Under the pieces are notes generated by a model. It did not search any database, was not told the DNA's origin, and was given only the letters and a program-made list of their open reading frames with translations. A program made the translations under genes and the position numbers. This document shows positions 1-9,725 of a stretch of 64,000 bases of DNA, piece by piece. The DNA is from Chloroflexota bacterium (GTDB lineage: Bacteria > Chloroflexota > UBA11872 > VXOZ01). Numbering within the stretch: the first letter of the stretch is position 1; each line of letters starts with the position of its first letter. The DNA lies in assembly GCA_963663275.1 (NCBI GenBank), contig OY760183.1, positions 2,944,001 through 3,008,000 of the forward strand, in the 5' to 3' direction.

Positions 1-443
1 AGCATGAGCATGAGCCGCAGCACGCCCTCTACCAGGTTCGTGAGCGCCGCGCTGCCAAGCGCATCGTGCCAGACCCCGGCAATCAGCATCGGCGCCACGA
101 AGAAGAGGCCGCTGGCGACAACCACGGAAAAGACCATCGTGCCGCGCACCGAGGACGCCGCGGGCAACTCGTCCGGCGCTTCCTCTCCCTTGATTTCGCT
201 CACCGCCACCTGGGACGAAAAAGCTAGCGCGCGGTAGCCCAATGCCATGGCGTCCCACAGCATGGCAATGCCCCGCACGAAGGGCAACCGGCTGGCGGCG
301 CCTTCCCGCAAGCGGCGCGGCAGCGCCTCGGCGCGCGTGACCACGTGACCCTTGGGATGGCGCACGGCCACCGCCACGTGGCGTTGGCCGCGCATCATCA
401 CGCCTTCCAGCACCGCTTGTCCGCCGTAGAGAGGCCCCGCCAT
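1..443 (-). CDS. DUF1385 domain membrane protein (5' part; runs off window start)
   Basis: Manual minus-strand translation from ATG at 443: MAGPLYGGQAVLEGVMMRG...LPFVRG..., the DUF1385 N-terminal signature; lies directly downstream of rpmE, a common arrangement. Confidence 0.85.
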   Translation of the reverse strand, partial: MAGPLYGGQAVLEGVMMRGQRHVAVAVRHPKGHVVTRAEALPRRLREGAASRLPFVRGIAMLWDAMALGYRALAFSSQVAVSEIKGEEAPDELPAASSVRGTMVFSVVVASGLFFVAPMLIAGVWHDALGSAALTNLVEGVLRLMLM

Positions 444-476
444 GCAATCCGTCCCGCGCCCTGTGACTGCCTGCGG

Positions 477-695
477 CTACTTCTGCAGCCGCTTGGCGCG
501 CCGCAGCCGCTGCATGAACCGATCGACCTGACCCTCGGTGTCTACCAGTTTCTGCTGGCCGGTATAGAACGGATGGCAGTTGGAGCACAAGTCCACGCGC
601 AGCGACTCCGACGTGGAGCCGGTAGTGAACGTGTTGCCGCAACTGCATACAATCGTGGCTTGCTCGTGGTACGTGGGGTGAACGCCTGCTTTCAT
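477..695 (-). CDS. rpmE: 50S ribosomal protein L31 (zinc-binding type)
   Basis: MKAGVHPTY...CSCGNTF...[26 protein letters not shown]; both Cys pairs present. Confidence 0.97.
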   Translation of the reverse strand: MKAGVHPTYHEQATIVCSCGNTFTTGSTSESLRVDLCSNCHPFYTGQQKLVDTEGQVDRFMQRLRRAKRLQK

Positions 696-934
696 TGCTC
701 ATCTTTCCCGGCGGGCGCGCAGCCCACCTGTATTGAACTATGGTCGTATCTGGGTACAGTTAACAGTATACCCCATGCTTTTCATGTGGTACAGTGAAAT
801 CGCTGGGCTGGCAGCCGGGGCCCAGCGCAAGCGAGGCGGAGTTGGCGCGGAAGTGCATCGCTGTCGTCCCTTTTCTTGGAAACCTGCGACAATTGCGCCA
901 CACTGTTGAAAGCGTGCCGGAGCGGCGGCAATTT

Positions 935-1011
935 CCCCTCACCCCGGCCCTCTCCCCAGGGAGAGGGAGTCGATGCGCGGGCCTGCCGGACTTCTCCCCA
1001 GGGAGAGGGAA
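935..1011. repeat. CCCTCACCC..CCCTCTCCC-N-GGGAGAGGG hairpin repeat (family D), one full copy plus one partial
   Basis: CCCCTCACCCCGGCCCTCTCCCCAGGGAGAGGG at 935-967; same family at ~6188, ~6313 and 47723. Confidence 0.8.
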
Positions 1012-1082
1012 ACCACTCGGCTGCCGGCCCAGATTGTGCAAGAGCCTCGAGCGTCTTCTACCGCGCCCACAGGCGGACCATC

Positions 1083-2030
1083 GTGCCCTCGTTGGAAGTC
1101 AACATCGCGCCGCGACACCCGACCGGGCTGCTCCTGCAGAATCCCGTAATCACGGCGTCCGGCACCTTTGGCTACGGCGCCGAGTACGCCTCCATCTACG
1201 ACGTGAACCGTCTCGGCGCCATCGCGGCCAAAGCCGTCACCCTGGAACCGCGCCGCGGCAATCCCATGCCGCGCATCGTCGAAGCGCCGGGCGGGATGCT
1301 CAACGCCATCGGCTTGCAGAACGTCGGCGTGGAAGCCCTAATCCGCGAGAAAGCGCCGCTGTGGGCGGCGTGGGACGTGCCGGTGATTGCCAACGTGGCC
1401 GGCGCTTCGCTGGAAGAGTACGTCACGCTCGCCGAGATGTTGGACGGCGTGCCCGGCATCGCGGCCCTGGAACTCAATATCTCCTGCCCGAACGTGGCGC
1501 ACGGGCTGGACTTCGGCACCGATCCCGCCTTGGCCGCCGCGGTAACCCAGGCGGTAAGCGAGCGCTCTTCCCTGCCGCTGATCGTCAAGCTCACGCCAAA
1601 CGTGACGGACATCCGGCCGGTCGCCACCGCCGTGGCCGAGGCCGGGGCCGACGCGCTGGCAATCATGAACACGCTCACGGGCCTGGCCATCGACGTTGAG
1701 CAGAAGCGCCCCGTGCTGGCCACCGTCACCGGCGGGCTGTCCGGCCCGGCGGTGCGCAGCATCGCCCTGCGCCTGGTGTACGCCGTCGCGCCCCTGGTGG
1801 ACACACCCATCATCGGCATCGGCGGCATCGGCGAGACCGGGGACGCGCTGATGTTCCTCATGGCCGGAGCCACCGCCGTACAGGTCGGCACGGCGAATTT
1901 CTACAACCACATGGCGCCGCTGGAGATCATCGCGGGCCTGGAGGCGTACTGCCGCGAGCAAGGGCTGGAGAGCATTCAAGAGGTTGTCGGCGCGGCGCTC
2001 CCCCAACCCGCCGGCGCCGCCGCCCCGTGA
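1083..2030 (+). CDS. pyrD: Dihydroorotate dehydrogenase, family 1 catalytic subunit
   Basis: NPVITASGTFG, MLNAIGLQN, ELNISCPN, VKLTPNV, GGLSGPA, VQVGTA motifs; start placed at GTG 1083 because the ORF extension from 876 reads through a repeat. Confidence 0.93.
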   Translation: MPSLEVNIAPRHPTGLLLQNPVITASGTFGYGAEYASIYDVNRLGAIAAKAVTLEPRRGNPMPRIVEAPGGMLNAIGLQNVGVEALIREKAPLWAAWDVPVIANVAGASLEEYVTLAEMLDGVPGIAALELNISCPNVAHGLDFGTDPALAAAVTQAVSERSSLPLIVKLTPNVTDIRPVATAVAEAGADALAIMNTLTGLAIDVEQKRPVLATVTGGLSGPAVRSIALRLVYAVAPLVDTPIIGIGGIGETGDALMFLMAGATAVQVGTANFYNHMAPLEIIAGLEAYCREQGLESIQEVVGAALPQPAGAAAP

Positions 2031-2112
2031 ACCGCACGCCGGCGGCCTATGCCTACATCAGGGAGCGGGCTCATCCGGCGCAAGCGTCGTGTCCTCAGAA
2101 CGAGGCCCGCAC

Positions 2113-2904
2113 TTACATCAGGGAACGGACCAGGCCGCCGTCCACCTGGAACGTCCCGCCCGTTATATAACTCGCCCGCGCCGACGCCAGGAAGACGGCC
2201 AGGTCCGCCAGTTCCACCGGCTGGCCCAGACGCCCCAGGGGAATCTTGACCTCATACTCCTGCAAAACGTCCTCTTCGGTGAGGTCGGTTGCGCGCACCC
2301 GCGCCGCCACGTTTTCCTTGATGCGGTCGGTGTGGATGCTGCCGGGGCAGATGTTGTTCACCAGGATGTTCTCCGGCGCCAATTCGGTCGCCAGCGACTT
2401 GGCCAGGCCGATCACGGCGGGACGAATCGCATTGGAGAGCAGCAGGTTTTCCAGCGGTTGCTTGACGGAGGTAGAGGTAACGTTGATGATGCGTCCGCCG
2501 CCGGTCGCGCGCATGTGGGGCAGCACGGCGCGCACGAAGCGCACCACGCTCATGAAGGTGAGATTGAAAGCGCCTTCCCAGTCCTCGTCTTCGAAGTCGC
2601 CGAACCCGCCCATCGGCGGGCCGCCGGCGTTGTTCACCAGAATGTCGATCGTGCCCTGCCGCTGCACGATGGTATTGATGAAATTCGTGATGGCGTCGGG
2701 TTTCACTACGTCCACCGGCACGGCGAGCACCTCCGAGCCGGCCGCGGCCTGAATCTCCTGGGCAGCTTGTGAGAGGTTGTCCGGGTTGCGCGAGCAGATC
2801 GCCACCCGCGCCCCTTCCAGGGCCAGGCCCATGGCAATCGCCTTGCCAAGACCCTTGCTCCCGGCAGACACAACGGCAGTCTTTCCGTTTAGACCGAGAT
2901 CCAT
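2113..2904 (-). CDS. SDR family oxidoreductase
   Basis: [39 protein letters not shown]; ATG at 2904 after an AGGAG-like RBS. Confidence 0.92.
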   Translation of the reverse strand: MDLGLNGKTAVVSAGSKGLGKAIAMGLALEGARVAICSRNPDNLSQAAQEIQAAAGSEVLAVPVDVVKPDAITNFINTIVQRQGTIDILVNNAGGPPMGGFGDFEDEDWEGAFNLTFMSVVRFVRAVLPHMRATGGGRIINVTSTSVKQPLENLLLSNAIRPAVIGLAKSLATELAPENILVNNICPGSIHTDRIKENVAARVRATDLTEEDVLQEYEVKIPLGRLGQPVELADLAVFLASARASYITGGTFQVDGGLVRSLM

Positions 2905-2939
2905 GCACCTAACTCCTTCACTGTGCGTTGGCTGATTCC

Positions 2940-3224
2940 TCATGCGATGGCTTGATGCAATGGCATGGCACGCGCCTGCACCGTGCCCCAGTGCTTGCGC
3001 AGGTTGTAGTAGACGTCCGTCTCCTGCGCCCAGAGATTCGGCCCGATGTTGGTTGGCTCGGGCCCTAACTCGATGTCGAGAGAATCCCCCAGGCTGTGGG
3101 CGGAATCGGTGCTGAGGACGATCGTGCGGTGGCCGCGTTCGGCGCAGCGCACGGCGGTGGCGGCCGCGCACGGGGTCTTGCCCACGCCGCCTTTGCCGGT
3201 GTAGAGTAAGACGCGCTTTGCCAC
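2940..3224 (-). pseudogene. Truncated ArsA/GET3-family ATPase (N-terminal ~83 aa only)
   Basis: GKGGVGKT P-loop and STDSAHSL motif; stops at 94 aa and the rest of the domain is absent. Confidence 0.75.
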
Positions 3225-3233
3225 GTTCTTCCT

Positions 3234-4136
3234 TTAGGCAGTAAACTCCAGCCGCGTCCCCGCGCCGCCGTTCTCGCTGGAGCGGTACGCCGCCTCGATG
3301 AACGAGATGATCTCGATCGTCTCCTCGATCGCCAGCGGCGGGGCGCCGGTATCCAGCATGGTCATGATCTCGCGCAGCAGGTTGCGGTAGTTGTTGCTCG
3401 CATCGATCGACTGGGTGTAGGTGGCCTTTTGCGAGAAGGCCGTCAAGCCGTAGCCCGCGCTGCCGTCGCGAATGGCGCGCACCGTGCCCAGGCGGCCGCC
3501 GTCCCAAAGCCCGGTCACGTGATCTGCGCCGTCGGTGCGCACGGCCCAGACCTCCTGGCAGCCGGGGCCCATCAGCGAGTAGAGCACTTCCACGCCGTGG
3601 ATGCCGTAGTTGAGCAGTCCGGGATTGGCGTAGTGCTCGGAGCCGGGGCTATGCGCGTACGCGCCCAGCGCGCCGCCGTCCGCCGCCAATGATTCCTGCA
3701 CTTCCATCACCGTCTCCGTATAGCGCAATGAGGAAGCGGAGAAGATCGGCACGCCGTGGTGCGCCGCCGCCTCGGCAATAGCGCGCGCCTGGGCGGTGGT
3801 GGCGGCGTAGGGCTTGTCGATGAAGAGCGGCAGCCCGGCTTCCAGGAAGGGCTTGGCGTGGTCCAGGTGCAGGTTGCCCTCGTTGGACTCGATGAAGACG
3901 GCGTCCACGTGGCCGATCATGTCAACCGGCTTGTCCACGATCTGCACGCCCATTTCCTTCAGTTCTTCCGTAAAGCCCGGAATCCGCTCCGGGGAGACAC
4001 GCGATTCCCCCGGATAGCCCATGACGACCGTGCCGCCGTCCACCCATTGCTCTTCCGCGATGTCCAGGTGATTGAGCCGCTTCGTGAACTGCACCACGTG
4101 CGACGTATCGAAATCCACCAAGCCAATCCTGCGCAT
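3234..4136 (-). CDS. Gfo/Idh/MocA family oxidoreductase
   Basis: [31 protein letters not shown] motifs. Confidence 0.88.
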   Translation of the reverse strand: MRRIGLVDFDTSHVVQFTKRLNHLDIAEEQWVDGGTVVMGYPGESRVSPERIPGFTEELKEMGVQIVDKPVDMIGHVDAVFIESNEGNLHLDHAKPFLEAGLPLFIDKPYAATTAQARAIAEAAAHHGVPIFSASSLRYTETVMEVQESLAADGGALGAYAHSPGSEHYANPGLLNYGIHGVEVLYSLMGPGCQEVWAVRTDGADHVTGLWDGGRLGTVRAIRDGSAGYGLTAFSQKATYTQSIDASNNYRNLLREIMTMLDTGAPPLAIEETIEIISFIEAAYRSSENGGAGTRLEFTA

Positions 4137-4378
4137 TTTCTTCTCTTACCTCTCCAATGACTACGCGACCGCTATTCCGCGCTACTCACGCAAGCGGGGC
4201 GCCGTGTTCCCACACCCAAACCCGCCCTTGCGCGTGCGCCGTGTCAAGTATAGCCGATGTACTGCGCGCCTTCTAGTAATGGCGTCTGTGCTACCATGCA
4301 CGTGAAACGCGAAGAGTGTGCGCCCAAAGCCACAGCGCGCCCAATTCTGCCGCAATCAAGCAACGCGGGGAGGCTCCC

Positions 4379-5221
4379 ATGAACCAGGACGACCTACGCC
4401 GCCGGTTCGATGAACACGGCTACGTCAAGCTCGTTGACTTCCTCGACGCGGACGTGGTGGCGCACGCCCGCGCCGCTATGGAAGAGTTGGTGGACCGGCA
4501 AGCCCAGCGCCTGGTAGCAGCCGGCACAATCGCGACCGCGATGGTTGAAGAACCGTTCGAGACGCGCTTCTTCCGGCTCTACGAGCATCATCTGGACGAC
4601 GCGCCCAAGTCGTTTCGCCGGGAGTTGCACCTGGCCGGCCTCTTCGACCTCTTCTTCAACCCGGCCCTGCTCGACGTGGTCGAAGCCCTGATCGGACCGG
4701 AGATACTCCTCTACCCGAATTACACCGCCCGCCCGAAATTGCCCGAATGGAAAGGCACCGAGGTTCTCTGGCATCAGGACGGCGGTTACACGGAACAAGT
4801 GGCCGGGGACAAAGGGAGCGTGGAGTTGCAGCGCATGGTCAACGTGTGGACGCCCTTGGTCCCGGCCCGCGCGCGGAACGGCTGCATGCAGTTCGTGCCC
4901 GGCACCCACAAACTCGGTACCGTGCCCCACGAGCAGCGTGAATACTACCTTGAGATAGCGCGGGAATCCCTGGATCCATACGTGAAGGCGGCCGTGGACG
5001 TGGAACTCGATCCCGGGGACGTCGTCCTCTTCCAGAATCTCCTCTTCCACCGGGGGCAGCCGAATCACAGCCGCGAGATTCGCTGGAGTTTTGACTGGCG
5101 CTATCAGGACTTGCGCCAGCCCACGTTGCGCAAGGAAGAAGGGCACGTCGCCCGCAGCCGCAGCCGTCCTGAGCGCGCGGTCGCGAGCGCGGCGGCGTGG
5201 GCAAACCTGACGTTTCGCTAG
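4379..5221 (+). CDS. Phytanoyl-CoA dioxygenase (PhyH) family 2OG-Fe(II) dioxygenase
   Basis: WHQD, VNVWTPL, NGCMQFVPGTH, LFHRG motifs; GGGGAGG RBS before ATG 4379. Confidence 0.9.
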   Translation: MNQDDLRRRFDEHGYVKLVDFLDADVVAHARAAMEELVDRQAQRLVAAGTIATAMVEEPFETRFFRLYEHHLDDAPKSFRRELHLAGLFDLFFNPALLDVVEALIGPEILLYPNYTARPKLPEWKGTEVLWHQDGGYTEQVAGDKGSVELQRMVNVWTPLVPARARNGCMQFVPGTHKLGTVPHEQREYYLEIARESLDPYVKAAVDVELDPGDVVLFQNLLFHRGQPNHSREIRWSFDWRYQDLRQPTLRKEEGHVARSRSRPERAVASAAAWANLTFR

Positions 5222-5246
5222 CAGCCACATACGAGAAAGGGCCGCA

Positions 5247-6014
5247 ATGCAACTTACCGGAAGAGTCGCGATCGTCACCGGCGCGGGGCGGGGGATTGGC
5301 CGCGCCACGGCGGAACGCCTGGCGGAAGCGGGCGCGAAGGTGGTGGTGGGCGACGTGAACGCGGAGACCGCGGCGGCCGCCGCCGACGCCATTTGCGGCG
5401 CGGGCGGCGCGGCGCTTGGCGTGCAGGTTGACGTTGCGAGTGAAGCGGACGCGGCACGCCTGGCCCATACCGCGGTCGAGCGCTTTGGCCGCATCGACGC
5501 GCTGGTAAACAACGCCGGCATCGGGCTTTACACCGCGCTCGTCGAGACTACGTTGGAGCAGTGGAACCACGTGCTGGCGGTAAATCTGACGGCTATCTTC
5601 CTGTGCAGCAAGTTCTGCGTGCCGATCATGCAAGAGCACGGCGGCGGGAGCATCGTCAACATCGCTTCCGTGCGCGCCATTGCCACCACGCCGCGCACCA
5701 CGGCCTACACGGCCACCAAGGGCGCGGTTATCGCGCTTACGAAGGCCATGGCGACCGAACTGGGCGACGACGGCATCCGCGTCAATTGCGTGCTCCCCGG
5801 CGCGATCGACACCGACATGATGCGCGAAAACCTGGCGGAGGACGGCCTCACGCTTGAGGAAGGCGCCGCCGCGGCAGAGCAGAAAACCCCCATGCGGCGC
5901 CTCGGCGCGGGCCGGGACATCGCCAACGCGGTAACGTTCCTGGCGTCCGAGGACGCATCCTACGCCAGCGGCGCGGCCTTCGTCATCGACGGCGGACGCT
6001 CGGTACACCTCTGA
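5247..6014 (+). CDS. SDR family oxidoreductase (FabG-like)
   Basis: TGAGRGIG, NNAG, YTATK catalytic motif, IDGG. Confidence 0.93.
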   Translation: MQLTGRVAIVTGAGRGIGRATAERLAEAGAKVVVGDVNAETAAAAADAICGAGGAALGVQVDVASEADAARLAHTAVERFGRIDALVNNAGIGLYTALVETTLEQWNHVLAVNLTAIFLCSKFCVPIMQEHGGGSIVNIASVRAIATTPRTTAYTATKGAVIALTKAMATELGDDGIRVNCVLPGAIDTDMMRENLAEDGLTLEEGAAAAEQKTPMRRLGAGRDIANAVTFLASEDASYASGAAFVIDGGRSVHL

Positions 6015-6092
6015 GCGCCCTTCTCTTGCCGAACTATCCTCATACAGCTCAGTCATGATGAATAGCGCGCTGCAATGGCGCAACCGCCTTCC

Positions 6093-6420
6093 GGTAGCGG
6101 CCATCCTCTGGTAGCAGCCATCCTCTGGTAGCGGCCGTCCTCTGGTAGCGCAGGTTTGTAACCTGCGTCCCCGGTTGCGCGGACTCACCCTCACCCTAAC
6201 CCTCTCCCTCAAGGGAGAGGGGACTCTTCACTTCCCCGCCAACCGCCTTCCCGTCGCAGCCACCCTCTGGTAGCGCAGGTTTGCAACCTGCGTCCCCGGT
6301 TGCGCGGACTCACCCTCACCCTAACCCTCTCCCTCAAGGGAGAGGGGACTCTTCACTCCCCCGCCAGCCGCCTTCCCGTCGCAGCCACCCTCCGGTAGCG
6401 CAGGTTTGCAACCTGCGTCC
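6093..6420. repeat. Three 17-bp tandem repeats followed by 125-bp tandem units (REP-B + family D hairpin)
   Basis: GGTAGCRGCCRTCCTCT x3 at 6093-6143; GGTAGCGCAGGTTTGYAACCTGCG at 6144, 6269 and 6394 (period 125). Confidence 0.9.
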
Positions 6421-6573
6421 CCCGCCAGCCGCTTTCCCATCCCTTGCCGCCACTTCGACGCCGTGCCCCACAACTCCCCCGGTAGTAGCGGGCAGATACC
6501 CAATGGTATAATGGGAGAGCAATGAACAATTCGTGGCAAACGCGGCGGCTGAAGATGCAGGAAAGAGGGGTCC

Positions 6574-6789
6574 ATGGAATCGATTTTCAACTTTCCTCGG
6601 TGTTTGAAGTGTGACATTGGCGTGCTCGTGCCGTTTTCGGACTTTGGCGGCCAGGGCGCGTCGGTAACGTTCAAGGCGTGGGTGTGCACCAATCCTGACT
6701 GTCTCTTCAATCTGAAAATTCGCAATGGTGATGTCTACGTAAACGAACGGGTCACCGATGCCGCGCGGGAGCCCCGTCCCGTTCGCTAG
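6574..6789 (+). CDS. Small zinc-ribbon-like hypothetical protein
   Basis: 71 aa with CxxC...CxxxxC (CLKC; CTNPDC); AGAGGGG RBS upstream. Confidence 0.75.
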   Translation: MESIFNFPRCLKCDIGVLVPFSDFGGQGASVTFKAWVCTNPDCLFNLKIRNGDVYVNERVTDAAREPRPVR

Positions 6790-6870
6790 TTGCGCCGCGC
6801 CCGCCGCACGAGGCCATGATGCGGCGCGCGGCAGAGAACGCTCTCCTCGCATCGTCCCTGGGCAACCGCT

Positions 6871-7704
6871 ATGGCAAGGATACTCTTGCGTGAGCAGTAC
6901 ACCTGCTACAATCACCCGCACCGCAAGACCACCGAGCGGTGCGACCGCTGCGGTACCGTATACTGCGAAGAGTGCTTGACAGCGCGAGGCAAACGAGATT
7001 TTTGCCTCCCCTGCGCCACACAGTTCGACGCGATACAGGCGCGGCGGCAGCGGCCCCTGCGCGAAAAGCTCATGGACCTCGCGCCCAGCCGCGCCTCCGT
7101 TTTCGTGACGCTCTTCTTCTTCATCTTGATCATTGCGGTGGGCGGCATCATCGGCAGGCAACTCGCCTCGATTACTATCGAACCGGAAGAAGCCGCCCGG
7201 GTGGCGCGCGCCTTCCGGGGCACGTTGCAAACTACGGAAGGGCTCAACCTGGTCGAGGCGCTCGTGGGCGGAGAGGTCGTGGCCTACTCCAGCGAGCAAG
7301 AGGACGGCGACCACCTGGCAAAACGCCTGGTGGACGGGTGGGCCGATCCGAAAGTGCCGGATTGGCGCGCGGCGGGGGCCGCCTTTCCCCAGGAGTTCGT
7401 CTTTGCCATCGAGCGGCAGGTGCTCGCCGGCGCGCCGGCCTACGCCAACACCGTGACCCTCCAGGCCAGCGAGCAAAGCCCACCGGAGACCTGGGTGCGC
7501 GAGTTCCGCGTCTTCGTGAGCACGGAGTCTGCGGACGGCCCGTGGGAGGAAGTCGGCGCGTACACCTTGGCGGAGAGTTCGCTCTTGCAGCGGTTCACGT
7601 TCGAGGCCCGGCCCGCCTGGTATGTCAAGCTGGTAGTCTTGAGCAACCACGGCAGCAGCGCGTACACCTCGCTGGCGGAGGTGGGGGTCTACCTGACGCA
7701 GTAA
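6871..7704 (+). CDS. B-box-like Zn finger + single TM + discoidin (F5/8 type C)-like domain protein
   Basis: CYNHP...CDRC...YCEEC...CLPC; hydrophobic VFVTLFFFILIIAVGGII; C-terminal LVDG...W, YVKLVVLSNHG...SLAEV. Confidence 0.75.
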   Translation: MARILLREQYTCYNHPHRKTTERCDRCGTVYCEECLTARGKRDFCLPCATQFDAIQARRQRPLREKLMDLAPSRASVFVTLFFFILIIAVGGIIGRQLASITIEPEEAARVARAFRGTLQTTEGLNLVEALVGGEVVAYSSEQEDGDHLAKRLVDGWADPKVPDWRAAGAAFPQEFVFAIERQVLAGAPAYANTVTLQASEQSPPETWVREFRVFVSTESADGPWEEVGAYTLAESSLLQRFTFEARPAWYVKLVVLSNHGSSAYTSLAEVGVYLTQ

Positions 7705-7820
7705 CGTCCGTTTGAAAATACACTGGCAGCGCCAAGTCACGTGAGCGCGAGCAACGCCCGCTGCCATGCTACACGACTGGTGCCACTCCGGCTGAACACC
7801 AACCACGCAGAAAGCGCCTC

Positions 7821-8762
7821 ATGAAACAATTCAAGCAACTATTCGGCGGCAAGTCGTTGGAAGAGAGCGTAGAGAAGAGCCGCGGCGGCGCGTTCTCCGC
7901 GCTCCGCGACCTCTTTCGGCCCGGCGTCCGGCTGGACGAGGACTTCTGGGAGGAACTGGAAGACACCCTCGTCATGGCCGACGTGGGCCCCTACCTCGCC
8001 GACGAACTCACCGTGAGCGCACGCGAGTCGCTCGCCCAGACCCAGGTGGACTCGGCAACGGCGGCGCACGGCCTCATCGAGGAACTGCTCGTGGCGCAAC
8101 TCGCCGCCGGTTCCTCCCAACTCCTCGCCGCGCGGCCGCTTACCGTCATCCTCATGGTGGGCGTTAACGGCTCCGGCAAGACCACCACCACGGCCAAGCT
8201 GGCGCACTGGCTCCAGGAGCAGGGTCACACCTGCCTGCTGGCGGCGGCGGACACCTTCCGCGCCGCCGCGATCGACCAACTGCGGGTATGGGCGGAGCGG
8301 ATCGACGTGCCCGTCATCGCGCAGCAGCCGGGCGCGGATCCGGGGGCGGTGGTGTTCGACGCCATCGATTCCGCGCTGGCCCGCAACGTCTCGCACCTCA
8401 TCGTGGATACCGCGGGCCGCCTCCACACCAAGACGAACCTGATGGACGAACTGCGCAAAGTGCAGCGCATCGCCGTCAACCGCGTCGGCGCGGCGGCCAT
8501 CGAAACCTTGCTCGTCATCGACGCGATCACGGGCCAGAACGTGCTCAACCAGGCGAAGATCTTCTGCGACGCCGTGCCGGTCACGGGCGTGGTGCTGACC
8601 AAGCTCGATAGCACGGCCCGGGGCGGCAGCGTGTTCAGCATCGCCCGCGAGTTGGCGCTGCCCATCAAGCTGGTCGGCACCGGCGAGCAACTGAACGACA
8701 TGGATACGTTCGATAGCGCGCGCTTCGTGCGCGCCTTGCTCAGCGAGACCGTGCCCACCTAG
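7821..8762 (+). CDS. ftsY: Signal recognition particle receptor FtsY
   Basis: GVNGSGKTTT, DTFRAAA, DTAGRLH, TKLDSTARGG. Confidence 0.96.
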   Translation: MKQFKQLFGGKSLEESVEKSRGGAFSALRDLFRPGVRLDEDFWEELEDTLVMADVGPYLADELTVSARESLAQTQVDSATAAHGLIEELLVAQLAAGSSQLLAARPLTVILMVGVNGSGKTTTTAKLAHWLQEQGHTCLLAAADTFRAAAIDQLRVWAERIDVPVIAQQPGADPGAVVFDAIDSALARNVSHLIVDTAGRLHTKTNLMDELRKVQRIAVNRVGAAAIETLLVIDAITGQNVLNQAKIFCDAVPVTGVVLTKLDSTARGGSVFSIARELALPIKLVGTGEQLNDMDTFDSARFVRALLSETVPT

Positions 8763-8864
8763 AAGTACCATCAGGGCGCTTACAATCGCGCTTTCGACGC
8801 GCGTGCGGGCGCGGGCTGGGCGTACGGCGCAAGCTACCCGCACTGTTGGAAAGGAACGTAGAGC

Positions 8865-9626
8865 GTGAAAGGCGTCATTCTCGTCGGTGGCAGCGGCAGC
8901 CGCTTAGACCCGCTGACCCGCGTGACCAACAAACACCTGCTGCCGATCTACGACAGGCCGATGGTCTACTATCCGCTCCAGGCGGTGGTGAACGCCGGCA
9001 TTACGGACATCATGCTGGTCACCGGCGGCAACAGCGCCGGCGACTTCCTGCGCCTGCTGGGCAACGGCAGCGCGTTCGGCCTGAAGCGCATTCACTACAC
9101 GTATCAAGACCGTCCCGGCGGCATCGCCCACGCCTTGGGCCTGGCGCGAGATTTCGCCGACGGCGACTCCGTGCTGCTGATGCTGGGGGACAACATCATC
9201 GAATACAACCTGGCCGCGGCGCGCCGGAACTTCGAGGCGCAAGGACGCGGCGCGCGCATCATCCTGACGCGGGTGAAAAACCCCTCCAGCTACGGCGTGG
9301 TGGAGATTGGGGAAAGTGAGCACGGCAAAGCCGGCCGCATCGAGCGCATCACGGAGAAACCCGCGTCGCCAAAGTCCAACCTGGTGCAGACCGGTATCTA
9401 CTTCTACGATGAGCGCGTGTTTGAGATCGTCTCCAACCTGCGGCCCTCGGAGCGCGGCGAGTTGGAGATCACGGACGTGAACACCTACTATCTCCAAGAG
9501 GGCAATCTGGAGTACGATATTCTGGAGGGCTTCTGGGCGGACTGCGGCGAGTCGTTCGAGACGTACCTGGAGTCCCAGAACCTGGTAGCCGCCCACGGAG
9601 CGAACAAGATGACTGAATTGAAGTAG
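8865..9626 (+). CDS. Sugar-1-phosphate nucleotidyltransferase (RmlA/SpsI-like)
   Basis: MKGVILVGGSGSRLDPLT...NKHLLPIYD, LGDN, EKP, RGELEITD. Confidence 0.9.
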   Translation: MKGVILVGGSGSRLDPLTRVTNKHLLPIYDRPMVYYPLQAVVNAGITDIMLVTGGNSAGDFLRLLGNGSAFGLKRIHYTYQDRPGGIAHALGLARDFADGDSVLLMLGDNIIEYNLAAARRNFEAQGRGARIILTRVKNPSSYGVVEIGESEHGKAGRIERITEKPASPKSNLVQTGIYFYDERVFEIVSNLRPSERGELEITDVNTYYLQEGNLEYDILEGFWADCGESFETYLESQNLVAAHGANKMTELK

Positions 9627-9679
9627 CCGGCTTCAATGAAATCGCCGGCTTCGATGGAAGCGCCGGCTTCTCCGGAGCC
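9626..9679. repeat. 18-bp degenerate tandem repeat (3 units)
   Basis: GCCGGCTTC recurs at 9626, 9644 and 9662. Confidence 0.6.
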
Positions 9680-9725
9680 GCCAATTCCCTCAAAATCGGA
9701 GCATACCTGATAGTGAGAAAAGACC

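Noticed and set aside
876-1082. N-terminal extension of PyrD given by the ORF track
   Set aside because: It reads through a family D repeat; homology starts near GTG 1083.
2905-3507. 464-aa version of the SDR ORF
   Set aside because: It overlaps two other genes; the SDR begins at ATG 2904.
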